A stretch of 64,000 nt of DNA from Candidatus Bathyarchaeia archaeon (GCA_050010755.1 JBEKKK010000001.1:928001-992000), one strand, 5' to 3'. Counted from the first letter of the stretch, positions 10,736 through 20,495 are shown. Numbers and translations are program-made. The notes: generated by a model from the letters alone, not told the origin.

Positions 10736-11554
10736 ATGTGGTGGAGAAAGAAAGAAGCGAAGAAAGAAACGAAGAAAGAAACGAAGAAAGAAACGAAGAA
10801 AGAAACGAAAGAGGAGTTTTTGTTGAAGCAGCTATGCGGCGACGATGCAGAATTGTATGATGTTCTGGGACTTTACTTGTATGAAGACCCTGTTGGGGCT
10901 ATATCAAGACAGGATCTTGATATCCTCATCGGGGAGGCAGAGAAAAGTTTCAAGGATGAAGATTATCGAGAAGCAAGGCAGAGATATATGAGGGCCATGG
11001 ATAAAGCGATTTTCGAGGCCACTCAAAATCCAGGGGAAAAAGGTAGGTACAACGTAGTCATCCAGGACCTCGCGTCGAAGACCGTAAAAGCGACGGAGAA
11101 AGTGAAAGAGATCGCAGAGAAGGAAGGATCCGCTGACTATGCCTCTAGCGCGCGTTCTCTGCTCGAAGGAAGCATTAAGAGATTTGAATTTTTGAGCAAG
11201 AGAAGTGAAGATGTTACAAGAATAGCTTCTCTCTTTTACAACGAGAGATTGGAAGAGTTGGGATCAATGGGAAGGAGAGAAGCCAGGAGACAAGAGAGAA
11301 GAGATGCTGATGTCAGAGAGGAAATAGAGGATAAGGAAGCAAGCAAGAGGCGAGAGGAAAGAGGAGAGGAAAGAAAAGAGATGGGAAGAGGAGAGAGAAG
11401 AGGAGCTCAGAAAGAAGACAAAGAAGAAGAGAAGAAACAAAGGGAGAGGCGGAACGCAAGAAAAAAAGAAGGAACAGAAGCTGAGAAAGAAGAGAAGAGA
11501 ACGGAGGAAGAAGAAAATGAGAGACGAGACGCGAGGAGAAAAGAATTCAGATGA
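10736..11554 (+). CDS. Hypothetical charged/coiled-coil protein with KKET repeats
   Basis: 272-aa ORF with E/R/K-rich tail. Confidence 0.7.
   Translation: MWWRKKEAKKETKKETKKETKKETKEEFLLKQLCGDDAELYDVLGLYLYEDPVGAISRQDLDILIGEAEKSFKDEDYREARQRYMRAMDKAIFEATQNPGEKGRYNVVIQDLASKTVKATEKVKEIAEKEGSADYASSARSLLEGSIKRFEFLSKRSEDVTRIASLFYNERLEELGSMGRREARRQERRDADVREEIEDKEASKRREERGEERKEMGRGERRGAQKEDKEEEKKQRERRNARKKEGTEAEKEEKRTEEEENERRDARRKEFR
10759..10806 (+). repeat. 12-bp tandem repeat GAAGAAAGAAAC x4
   Basis: Four exact copies encoding KKET. Confidence 0.9.
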
Positions 11555-11741
11555 GTCGTGCGGTCGCGCGATTTTTTTATATGTCGGCTTCCAGAGCTAA
11601 AAAGACGTGCTTGATTGGCATTGGTGTGTTGGCATTCATCTAAGACTCGAATTCGGAAATCTCTAGGCCTTTTTATCTGTTTGAAAACGCACGCTCGTCT
11701 AGTTTTGTCAGCGATGATCGAGTGAAGAGGGAGTACGTTTT

Positions 11742-11966
11742 TCAGTAGTTGCCTTGAGCGCGGGCAAGTTTGTATTTTCTATCTGACTCCTCAACCTTTC
11801 GATCGCGATCTACCGATGCTTGCTTGATATAGTTGTGTTCGCTCAGATAGGCTATGACTATCGACCGGACAATCGCGGCGTCTTCTGTTCCAAAACCTTT
11901 CAGCGATCGAATTATTTCTATTTGATCTTTATCAAAAGTGACTAGTAGTTGCTGAACCTCTGTCAT
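11742..11966 (-). CDS. Small ribbon-helix-helix/CopG-like protein
   Basis: LVTFDKDQIEII..L..FG..DA.IVRSIVIAYL pattern. Confidence 0.6.
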   Translation of the reverse strand: MTEVQQLLVTFDKDQIEIIRSLKGFGTEDAAIVRSIVIAYLSEHNYIKQASVDRDRKVEESDRKYKLARAQGNY

Positions 11967-12069
11967 GTTTTATCATGAGTCTATGTATAATTAGAAATAC
12001 TTAAGATTATTTGGCACACGCTTTAGCACATAACGAGCGTAAACGCGTTTTAACGCGCGTTGAGTGTGC

Positions 12070-12590
12070 GCTTATACGCTGAAGCAATTAAGCCGATATC
12101 CTTATAAGCGCGTATGCGCTTTATATCTTATGAGGATAAGCAAAGAGGATGGATGTACATTGATGACAGAAATAGGAACGATGCTTGGTATTTGGCAATT
12201 TGCTTATTGGAAGAACTTCTGACACGTGGGAATCGTGCATTAAAAACTGATAGATATACAAAAGGTTGGTGATTCAAATGGGGCGAATTTGCGTGGAGCT
12301 TCCGGATGAGCTGGAGAAGAAGCTTAGGTTCAAGAGTATCGAGAGATTTGGCGGCAAGAAAGGCGACCTCTCAAAGGCTGTCGCAGAATCTGTGAGAACA
12401 TGGGTTGCCTTAGACAGATAGACGCACGAGCAAACCGCACATCATGAAACGTCCCCCCCAACAAAAAGATCCACGCTTCGAGTTGCATTCACAACCACCA
12501 GAACAACTTTCTTGGGAGAAAGGATTTAGTGGCGAAGGGCTCTTTTTCGGCTTCCTTTCGCCTTAACCACCGGCGAATTCAATGTTCTTT
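12070..12590 (+). repeat. ~520-bp module, copy A (inverted copy B at ~16420-16940)
   Basis: Shared AAGCAATTAAGCCGATATCCTTATAAGCGCGTATGCG, RHH gene and downstream sequence. Confidence 0.9.
12278..12421 (+). CDS. 47-aa ribbon-helix-helix protein (below ORF-track cutoff)
   Basis: MGRICVELPDELEKKLRFKSIERFGGKKGDLSKAVAESVRTWVALDR*; GGTGA RBS. Confidence 0.8.
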   Translation: MGRICVELPDELEKKLRFKSIERFGGKKGDLSKAVAESVRTWVALDR

Positions 12591-12671
12591 GCACCCATCA
12601 CGCAAGCTTTGTATGATTAGCGCGCGCAACTTTGATATCGCATTGTTTATCCATCTAGCGTGCTTTTGTGG

Positions 12672-12953
12672 CTAATCTCTGTGTTCGTGGGATTCCTCTT
12701 CCGATTCTTCTTCCGTTTCTTCTTCTTCCTCGCTAGCTTCTTCTCCTGCGTCGCTTGCTTCTTCCTCAGCTTGTCCCTTTGGGGGGTAAGCCCCGTCTAG
12801 CCAGACCATAAACTGCTCTTTGCTTTCCGAATCGGAAAAAACCCACTCACACAGTTCACTGACGACGATGTTGACATCAATTTCGTGATCGTCGGCCAGA
12901 TGCTTCAGCAACTGCGTCCACTTTTCAGGCAGAGATACTGCTAACCCAACCAT
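12672..12953 (-). CDS. Hypothetical RHH-like protein with acidic tail
   Basis: LAVSLPEKW..LL..LA N-terminus; E-rich C-terminus; sites at 12656 and 13001. Confidence 0.65.
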   Translation of the reverse strand: MVGLAVSLPEKWTQLLKHLADDHEIDVNIVVSELCEWVFSDSESKEQFMVWLDGAYPPKGQAEEEASDAGEEASEEEEETEEESEEESHEHRD

Positions 12954-13080
12954 CTTGCCTTTTCACCATGGTCATGTACCAATCAAACCCGTATTTAAGC
13001 TAGCGCACGCGAGCACTGGGCACACTGGAAAGAAGCGCAGGGTAGCTTCCGAAAGCTGAAAAGAGAGAATGTTGCGGGTT

Positions 13081-13233
13081 TTACCTTTGTTCTTTCGTCA
13101 ATAACAGTCTCTTCGCGATCTCTTTGGAGATCTTTTCGAGGCCTTCAGCAAGTTCTACACGGGTAACCTCATCTATCGGATACGCTTTTCCATTCTTATC
13201 GACGAATGCGAGTTCCAACTTCCTTTTTTCCAT
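13081..13233 (-). CDS. 50-aa hypothetical protein
   Basis: MEKRKLELAFVDKNGKAYPIDEVTRVELAEGLEKISKEIAKRLLLTKEQR*, preceded by GAGGTGA RBS. Confidence 0.6.
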   Translation of the reverse strand: MEKRKLELAFVDKNGKAYPIDEVTRVELAEGLEKISKEIAKRLLLTKEQR

Positions 13234-13348
13234 TCTTTCACCTCTTTCAAATCCTATTGTTCACTCTTAGTCTCTTGCTGGAGCCAGCCTGGCTCGACGG
13301 AGAGAGCATCCTTTTTTTGTCAATTAATCCGCTCTTTCTGTTTCTTGA

Positions 13349-13549
13349 CTAGCGCGTGTGCGCTGACCCTGAATGGAACGTTTGTCCCGAATGTTTGGGT
13401 ATAGTGTGACTTAACCTTCCTTTGCGGTAATATGCCTTGAATGTTTTCTTGCATTTGGAGCAAACAAAAAGCTTGATGTGGAAATCCGCAAATTCCCACT
13501 CCGTCGATGAATCTGAGGCTTCGTTTCCACACCTAGGACACAGCACCAT
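13349..13549 (-). CDS. Small zinc-ribbon protein
   Basis: CPRC...CSKC; stop lies inside a site. Confidence 0.7.
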   Translation of the reverse strand: MVLCPRCGNEASDSSTEWEFADFHIKLFVCSKCKKTFKAYYRKGRLSHTIPKHSGQTFHSGSAHTR

Positions 13550-13719
13550 TGTGTGATCTAGTTTCAGTATCAGCAAAACCGAAGATAAAAGTTTCGAAAG
13601 TGAAGCTCATTGTTATTTTCAGTTGGGTCTGGGCAAGCTTCCATAAATATTTCATAGTTTGCACTAAATGCTAACCTAAGAAAATTCTTGCAACGAAAAA
13701 AGAAGTGGTTCTGTTTGGC

Positions 13720-14028
13720 CTATCTCAGTAATTTCATGCTTTCTTCGAGACTCATTGCTAATTTGATTTCGCTCGTGTTCCAAGCCATCCATTTTACCAT
13801 TTCTGGTTCCATTGAGAATTCTTGCAGAGCATCTGAGCTTGGGGCTTCATAAACCCAGATTAATAGATGTTCCGGGACGACAGTCCAAGCTCCAATCCTT
13901 TTGACTCTATGTTTCTTCTCGAGTCCGACCAATTTGGCCGGTAATTCCAGGGTCATGTTCTTCATTTTCTCATTGTTAAGCGGACAGTTTTCTGCGGAAT
14001 GTCTGGAGATTATCAGGAATATCGGCAC
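13720..14028 (-). CDS. GYD/DUF3303-like small protein, copy 1
   Basis: FLIISRHS.ENCP, EHLL.WVYEAPS; near-identical paralogue at 37300-37608. Confidence 0.8.
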   Translation of the reverse strand: MPIFLIISRHSAENCPLNNEKMKNMTLELPAKLVGLEKKHRVKRIGAWTVVPEHLLIWVYEAPSSDALQEFSMEPEMVKWMAWNTSEIKLAMSLEESMKLLR

Positions 14029-14452
14029 ACAAGCACTCCTAAAAGTAAGAGTCTAGGAAAGTCGGATATAAGCTATTTGTGTGCATAAACTCGAGTCTAA
14101 GCCTTTGAGCGTAGTCTAAAAAGTGTTTACGCTCGTTATGTGCAATACGTGTGGAAACCAATTTAGAGAATATTTCATGGGAAGCACGTTGCGATTTGTT
14201 TTGAGCGCGCACAACGGCGGTTTGGGAAAGATTAGAGTGAGTAAAGAAACGACAGACAGGCATAAAACCTATCAATGACACTTCTCTCTGGCACACGCTT
14301 TTTTCTTTGAGCCCAACCCTTTTCAAGCATCAGAAGGGCCAGAGACCCACATTCTTACTTGCATTAACAAGCGCACCAATTCAAGTCCTAGCTAGCTGCA
14401 CACAGAAAAAATATAAGATAAATCCTGCATATAGGACTGTGGAGGAGTAGCT

Positions 14453-14971
14453 GTGCCTGAAAAAAAAGGAACGCTCGCGATTAAGAAGGCAAAGAAGCCT
14501 GTGCTTGCCGTTAGGAAACCTCAGCCCAGCGAGATTCGGAACTTCAACGAATTGTTGGACACTTTTCGGAATGAGTTTGGAGGTTACTTGTGGGATCCTT
14601 ACAGGGGATTCGAGTGGCCAGTCGAATATGAACTGCCAACGCGAATACCATATGTTGACGTTATCGACTCTGCCCACGAGTACGTCGTGAAAGCGGAGCT
14701 TCCAGGGTTGAAAAAGGAAAACGTGCAGATTGAAGTCTGGACGAACGAGTTGTCAATCACCGCTAGGTCTGACGTGGAGACGGAGGAGAAGGGAAAAACC
14801 TATCTGCACAGGGAACGGGCATTTTCCACGTTCCGCAGACGCATAGGATTTGGGCAAAGCATAGACACAGAAAAAGCGTCAGCAAACATGGCAGAAGGCA
14901 TCCTCGAAATAAAACTTCCCAAACTCGAGCCCAAAACTGAAAAGAAAACCAAAAAGCTAACACCCCAATAA
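14453..14971 (+). CDS. Hsp20/alpha-crystallin small heat-shock protein
   Basis: VKAELPGLKKENV, ERAFSTFRR.I, GILEIKLPK. Confidence 0.93.
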   Translation: MPEKKGTLAIKKAKKPVLAVRKPQPSEIRNFNELLDTFRNEFGGYLWDPYRGFEWPVEYELPTRIPYVDVIDSAHEYVVKAELPGLKKENVQIEVWTNELSITARSDVETEEKGKTYLHRERAFSTFRRRIGFGQSIDTEKASANMAEGILEIKLPKLEPKTEKKTKKLTPQ

Positions 14972-15174
14972 ACCCCTTTTTTTCCATCTAGCGCGCACGC
15001 TACGGCGTGATAGCCTCAACCAAACCCAAAGAAGACTGGGAGAAGACAAGCCACCCAGCGGCGAAATGCCAAAAAAGCGAGGATTAGTATGGTTTCCCGT
15101 TCTTCTTCTTTTCCAACTCTATTTTTGCATACCCAAGAACTCAATGTGATTGAATAGCGATTTAATGCGCGTGC

Positions 15175-15273
15175 GCTTGCTCAAATATAAAAGAAGCACA
15201 AGAATTGATTGAAGCTGGATTTGAATACGTTTGCACTCATGAGAATACAATGCTATTCAGAAAAAGAAAATAG
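15175..15273 (+). pseudogene. Orphan C-terminal fragment of an archaeal tyrosine recombinase/integrase
   Basis: SNIKEAQELIEAGFEYVCTHENTMLFRKRK* matches my recollection of the C-terminal signature of Bathyarchaeia site-specific integrases; no start codon; sites on both sides. Confidence 0.7.
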
Positions 15274-15368
15274 GCGCGTGCTATGTCAGATAGTTGGGAT
15301 GAGATAGACTGATAGAAGAAATTTACATACTTAAGCTGCATTTTTCTAGTTTTGATAACGATAATGTC

Positions 15369-15698
15369 ATGCGTGCTGCTCGAACGTTGAGTGATAAACC
15401 AGTAACTTTCAATGAACACAAACTGGAATATCCTAAGAATAGGGTCTTTCGCGCAGAATATGATGAGAGAACCAATGAAATTCAAGTGGTTTTAATATCA
15501 TCAGAAGCAGAAATAGGCAAGATTTTTGACGAAAATGGGCAGATATATGCTTCGGCTTCTGTTTTGAAGAACTACTTACCGACGTTGTTTTTTTCCGATC
15601 TTGTCCTAAAGATTGAGCCTCTTAAGTCGGGTTGCAAAACAAGTCTGACTCGAGTCCCAGATTTAGAAACAGCTATAAGGCTAATATTTTCCCGGTAG
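15369..15698 (+). CDS. Hypothetical protein
   Basis: 109-aa ORF with globular composition. Confidence 0.55.
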   Translation: MRAARTLSDKPVTFNEHKLEYPKNRVFRAEYDERTNEIQVVLISSEAEIGKIFDENGQIYASASVLKNYLPTLFFSDLVLKIEPLKSGCKTSLTRVPDLETAIRLIFSR

Positions 15699-15899
15699 TT
15701 TCTTTGGGTTTGGGGGTAAAGTTTTGTCTTTCCCCTGATTCTTGTTTCTTACTGTGTAACGGAGCAGGTGTCCGCATTTCCAGTCTATCGGTCGGCCTAG
15801 AACGTCGTGTTTTTCCTGTCCTTTAGGAACTCTGCGTCCACAGAACGCGCACCAAGACGCCTTATATTGAGGGCGTGCTGTGCCAAGAGAAGGAATCAA
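15681..15899 (-). CDS. Hypothetical small Cys-containing protein
   Basis: CAFC...C.H; ATGA overlap with the upstream Zn-finger ORF. Confidence 0.4.
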   Translation of the reverse strand: MIPSLGTARPQYKASWCAFCGRRVPKGQEKHDVLGRPIDWKCGHLLRYTVRNKNQGKDKTLPPNPKKLPGKY

Positions 15900-16075
15900 G
15901 AGCCCCGCACTTCCTTTTTCCTCGTCTCCCAGTATTCTTTTGCTTCCCCATACTCCTTTTCTTTTTCGTCTGCTCCCGATTTTCCCCTACATTCTGGGCA
16001 TAGGCACTTGCCCGCGTATTGCACATACCGGGTGTAGAACATCTTCCCGCAATTCTCGCATCGGTGATCGCCCAT
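15896..16075 (-). CDS. Small zinc-finger protein
   Basis: CENC...CPEC, GGAGG RBS. Confidence 0.6.
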   Translation of the reverse strand: MGDHRCENCGKMFYTRYVQYAGKCLCPECRGKSGADEKEKEYGEAKEYWETRKKEVRGS

Positions 16076-16174
16076 GATTTCGCCCTCCGCATAATAGTTA
16101 TCTTCCAAGCAAGGATTTAACAAGTTCTACATTAGTCAGCCTCAAAGAAATCGGCTAGTTAGCGTGCGCGCTTA

Positions 16175-16243
16175 CTACTCTTCAGCGTCTTCTTCCTCTT
16201 CGAAGTCTTCATCTTCGTCAGACTCTTCCTCCTCTTCAAACAT
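16175..16243 (-). CDS. 22-aa highly acidic peptide
   Basis: MFEEEEESDEDEDFEEEEDAEE*, RBS GGCGGTGA, TATA box TATTTAAG upstream; bounded by sites 16160 and 16305. Confidence 0.55.
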   Translation of the reverse strand: MFEEEEESDEDEDFEEEEDAEE

Positions 16244-16419
16244 CGTTTGGACTCACCGCCTTCGTCCTCAAAATTCAATTCCTCTTCTTTGGGTCTTAAA
16301 TAATTAGCGCGTACAGTTTTTCATTGAACAGTTCAGAAACAGAGTCTTCGAGTCAGTCTGCAGCGTTCATCCTTAGAGAAGACCGGACAAGATAAAAAAC
16401 TTGAAGTACGCTGGAATAA

Positions 16420-16940
16420 AGAGCATAAATATCACTCGTGCTTGAAGCGAAAGAAAGCCGAAAAAGGGTCTTTCGCGGAAACAGCTCTTATCCTCAGAAA
16501 ATTGCGTGTTGGTGGGGGGAAACGCAAATTCGAAGCGTGGAGTTTATGTTGAAAGGCCAATCGTAATTCATGGCTTCGTCCGTGTGTTCCTTGTCATTGG
16601 CAACCCATGTTGGTATGGATTCTTCAACGGCTTTCGATAGGTCGCATGTTATGCCGCCGAATCTTTCGATGGCGTTGAATCTGAGCTTCTTTTCAAGCTC
16701 ATCTGGAGGAGGCTCCACGCAAATTCGCCCCATTTGAATTACCAACTTTTTTGTATGACTTCAAAAGATGTGCACGATTCGCACGTGTCAGATCTTCTTC
16801 CAATAAGCAAATTGCCAAATACCAAGCATCGTTCCTATTTCTCTTATCATTGTACATCAATCCTATTTACTTATCCTCATAGTATATTATACGCATACGC
16901 GCTTATAAGGATATCGGCTTAATTGCTTAAGTGTGTAAGT
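16420..16940 (-). repeat. ~520-bp module, copy B, with a degenerate RHH gene (16494..16745)
   Basis: Reverse-complement similarity to 12070-12590; RHH copy has an extra Pro, substitutions and a read-through C-terminus. Confidence 0.85.
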
Positions 16941-17288
16941 CATCATCATAGCGCGCGTGCTTTAATCGATGGATGGAGAAGAATAGGTCGCAAGACAGAT
17001 ACCATCTACGCGAAGAAAGTATAACAATCACCAAGCCGACATGGAGATTTCCACCACCCTTTTTTATTTAACAGAAGCGCGGGCTAATAGGCGTTGAAGG
17101 TCTGTTTCTGTTCTAACCGGTGCCAGCCGCGGTTCTGATTCGTGAAGCCGAGGTTAGCTTGATTAGCGCGCGTGTAACTCGTTACTTGGGAACGTTTTAT
17201 CTCCTCGGATGGTGGTTGGGTTGGGGTAAAATCTTTGCGCGCGGTAAAGCCATTAGTAACAGTTTGCAATTGGTGGCTTGACCAATAA

Positions 17289-17450
17289 ATGATAATTGGA
17301 TGGTTGCTTATCATCGTAGGAATCTTATTCGCAATTTCTGGCATCGGTGAAACTGCAAGAATTCGAACACGTGGGAGAGGGGATTTCGTTTTTGCCTTGG
17401 CAGGTGCGGCTGGAATTTTGTTGATAGTCGTGGGTGCAATATTAGTTTAA
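17289..17450 (+). CDS. 53-aa two-TM membrane protein
   Basis: MIIGWLLIIVGILFAISGIG...GILLIVVGAILV*. Confidence 0.6.
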   Translation: MIIGWLLIIVGILFAISGIGETARIRTRGRGDFVFALAGAAGILLIVVGAILV

Positions 17451-17581
17451 GTGCCTGTTCCTTAGTGAAACTCAGAGAATCATACGACAGAAATCTTGAT
17501 CGGCACGGCAACACAAGACAAACTAGAGGTTCAAGAAGACTTATAGTCAAAGCCAAACGAAAGGAATAATGAGTCAAGAAT

Positions 17582-17800
17582 ATGGAAGGAAGAAAGAAAG
17601 TATTGATAATTTTCGGAATGATTCTTTTTATAATAGGCGTGGTCGTTTCATTCTATCCGACGGTCGCTCCATATAAAAGTGTAGGCATAGTTCTGGCTTT
17701 GGCTGGAAGCGTGTGTGTGGTATTGGGGTTACTTTACTCGCGCGCGCTACAGAAGATACGACCATCGCGTACTAACCCACAGCAACCTAGTTCAACTTAG
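17582..17800 (+). CDS. Small two-TM membrane protein
   Basis: Two hydrophobic helices; site at 17738-17749 near the C-terminus. Confidence 0.65.
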   Translation: MEGRKKVLIIFGMILFIIGVVVSFYPTVAPYKSVGIVLALAGSVCVVLGLLYSRALQKIRPSRTNPQQPSST

Positions 17801-17955
17801 ACCATTTTTCAAGAAGACAGAAATCTTTAATCTGTACGGCAAGAGAAGACAAACTGGGGATTCAAAATGAGTTGGAAAGCGCGTGCGCTTTTTCTTGATG
17901 TTGTCTGTTGACGTTCTGTGAAGTCTGCTGTTGGCTGTGCTCTTCTGCGGGGTTG

Positions 17956-18219
17956 TTACCTTTGGGTTGATGAATCACTTCTCATACGCGCATGAGGCTC
18001 AGAGGTTTCTCGCTCTAACAAAGCCCAGAATATGATGTCTCTTTCTGAGTTGACAGTTCCGCTATGTCTTACTGTCCATCCATCTCCAGCGTACTTGTTA
18101 AGAGCCTCAGTCCAATCACCTGCTTCTTCTTCTCCGTATGCGCCACCCTTACCACGCGCGCGCTGTCCAGTAAGGCGAGAGAAATCATAGGACATGTAAA
18201 TTACTTTGTATTGCAGCAT
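17956..18219 (-). CDS. DUF4177-like small protein
   Basis: QYKVI...LNKYAGDGW...LLERE. Confidence 0.6.
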   Translation of the reverse strand: MLQYKVIYMSYDFSRLTGQRARGKGGAYGEEEAGDWTEALNKYAGDGWTVRHSGTVNSERDIIFWALLERETSEPHARMRSDSSTQR

Positions 18220-18467
18220 AACCTATGATTACCTCTAGTCGTATTTAATGCTTGACGAACTCTGGTTATGCGTAGCGTGCGCGGGAGCAGCGGTGGGTTA
18301 CCCCTACCGAAAAAGACGATGAGTAAGACGGGCAGGCCCCAAAAGGCTATACTAGTTTAACCCGTTAGGGGTCTTTTATTTTAAAAAAATTACTCCTCGT
18401 GCTAATACGTGGTGTTTGGGGTAAAAAGGTTAAGGAAGTGCCTGTGCAATACGGATGAGTATTGACT

Positions 18468-18572
18468 CTACTTGGGTGCACAATCCTTATGATAGCTTTT
18501 CTTTGCAAAGAACCCTTTCGTCACTTCTTGTCCTGCAGGAATTTCGTTTCCACATTTCGCGCATTTGACCAT
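18468..18572 (-). CDS. 34-aa LIM-like zinc-finger microprotein
   Basis: MVKCAKCGNEIPAGQEVTKGFFAKKSYHKDCAPK*, GAGGAG RBS. Confidence 0.65.
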   Translation of the reverse strand: MVKCAKCGNEIPAGQEVTKGFFAKKSYHKDCAPK

Positions 18573-19082
18573 ACTGAACTCCTCACAGCATATCAGAAGT
18601 CTGCATATTTACGCTTATCGCAAATCCTTCAATTTCAAGGACACGGTTCAACGGGTAGGAGTTTGGGGGCGAAGTTTTTTCAATGTTCTTTTTGTGAGAA
18701 ATTGCCACAATTGCCTATAGCGCAGTCCGTCTTTGGGTGGCGAGCTTTAACTCAACGGTTTCTCATAGACTTAGCTGGTGAAAGTCGAAATTATAATGGC
18801 GTCTATGATGATATCACGTCAGTATGAAGGGATTTAAGTTCGGTTCTTTTTTCCCAGGATGATTTGACATTAAATCGATTCTGAGGCACCACAACACCAT
18901 CTTCTAAAGCAGGCTCACAATGAGCTTGCAGAGCAACTGAAGAAAAGCTGTAACGTGGAGACATGAAGTTGTCATTGTGAAAGGTAGCTCTCAAGACCGA
19001 TACAGAGACCTTAGGACGGGTCGTTTCGTTAGGAAGCCTTAGAAAAAGCGCGCTGGGAGGGGGTTAGAATTCAATGCTTTAC

Positions 19083-19493
19083 TTACTCGTTTCTTTTCTG
19101 CTCCTTCCACTTTGCGTATTCTTCCCGCAATTGACGGTCCATAGCAGGGTCTGCATTCACATTTATTTGAAAGATTGTTTGCCCTGTCAAGTTCTTAACG
19201 TGCCTCAACCACATTTCAAAATCCAAAGTGCCTTTCTTTCTTTCCCTGTCCATATCCTTTTGATAGTCATTTTCCTGCGGCGCGGGCTTGGTTTCAATAA
19301 TGACTAGGTCTTTCCTTGGGTCAACAATTATTATAGCCTCAGTCATCGTGCGGAAAAGCTCTGATGTCTCCTCGTCCGATAAGTGAACTTTTGCCGTGTC
19401 AAGAATCTTCTGTAAAGTGTTATTCAAGTCTTTCATGAGGTTTGGATTGCTCTTCAGAGTCTTCAAAACGACCTCAACATTCTTAGAAACCAT
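19083..19493 (-). CDS. Hypothetical protein
   Basis: 136-aa ORF with upstream TATA-like TTAAATA. Confidence 0.6.
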   Translation of the reverse strand: MVSKNVEVVLKTLKSNPNLMKDLNNTLQKILDTAKVHLSDEETSELFRTMTEAIIIVDPRKDLVIIETKPAPQENDYQKDMDRERKKGTLDFEMWLRHVKNLTGQTIFQINVNADPAMDRQLREEYAKWKEQKRNE

Positions 19494-19628
19494 GCTTCAA
19501 ATCCTACGGGTCGACTCCTGCCATCTACATTCTGGTCCACTAGCTATTTAATTCTTGCTGGCTTGACAAAACGATCAGAAATTCCAATCTGGTTAATGGT
19601 GGTTAAACAAAATCTCCCCCACACACAA

Positions 19629-19858
19629 AGCGCGCGCTTCATGCTAACTACAAAAGTCCTTGAACAAACTTCTAAATTCAAGATAACCCATAAGCTGACT
19701 ATCCGTTCTAACCGTAGACATGAACGATTCTAGGAGAAAGCTTCTCTCCTTTACAGTTCGATTTCAAACTTCTGAAATGTTTGAGGCATTGTTGAAGAAA
19801 CCAGGCAATCAAACCCTTTTTACGTGACTGTATGGTGCATTAACGTCTAGCGTGCACG
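19629..19858. repeat. Non-coding ~220-bp unit, copy 2
   Basis: Direct repeat of 6391-6612; supplies the DinB gene stop codon. Confidence 0.9.
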
Positions 19859-20319
19859 GGGTATCCTATGAGTGGTGGTTCAATACCCATTTGCCAGAAT
19901 AGAGCTATCAGCTCGCCTTGATGATGAACTTCCTCTTCGAAAACATGAACCAAAATGTCCTCGGCAGTCAGCGTTTCGGGTTTGCCATTTCTAGTGTCAT
20001 GATATTTCTTCTTTAGGCCTTCAGGAGACAGCGTTTCAAGGTAGTCGTGCATACGTTTTTCCACTTGTTTCATGTAGGTCTCCATTTCTTTCAGGTTCTT
20101 GTATTCCTCGAATTTCTTCTTTGAACGTTGGTTTTCATTTTGGAGGAAATCTAGCCAGTAGTCTGTTGCGTTTAGTGTGTGGATGAAGATGTTTCTAATC
20201 GAGTGGAAACTGGCTTCTCTATTCTTAATGAATTCACGCCACGACAGTTTGGCGAATGCCCCGAAGAAAGCGTGTCTCTCATTATCATTATATGCAAGAA
20301 GTTCTCTTACGTCAACCAT
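19840..20319 (-). CDS. DinB family protein
   Basis: SIRNIFIH, HVFEEEVHHQGEL...MGIEPP. Confidence 0.88.
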   Translation of the reverse strand: MVDVRELLAYNDNERHAFFGAFAKLSWREFIKNREASFHSIRNIFIHTLNATDYWLDFLQNENQRSKKKFEEYKNLKEMETYMKQVEKRMHDYLETLSPEGLKKKYHDTRNGKPETLTAEDILVHVFEEEVHHQGELIALFWQMGIEPPLIGYPVHARR

Positions 20320-20495
20320 TACAAGCGCCTATTGTATGATAATCTTCGTTCGGCTATAACTTTTCCGTAAAACCAAAAACTTGCCTAAAGGACTGATAGA
20401 GATTACTTCTAGTGATAAGCTAGTCAAACTGGGCACTTGCTGAATATGTGAGAAACGAAAAATAAACATGGATTCCTGGAATAGTCAATTTAGGT

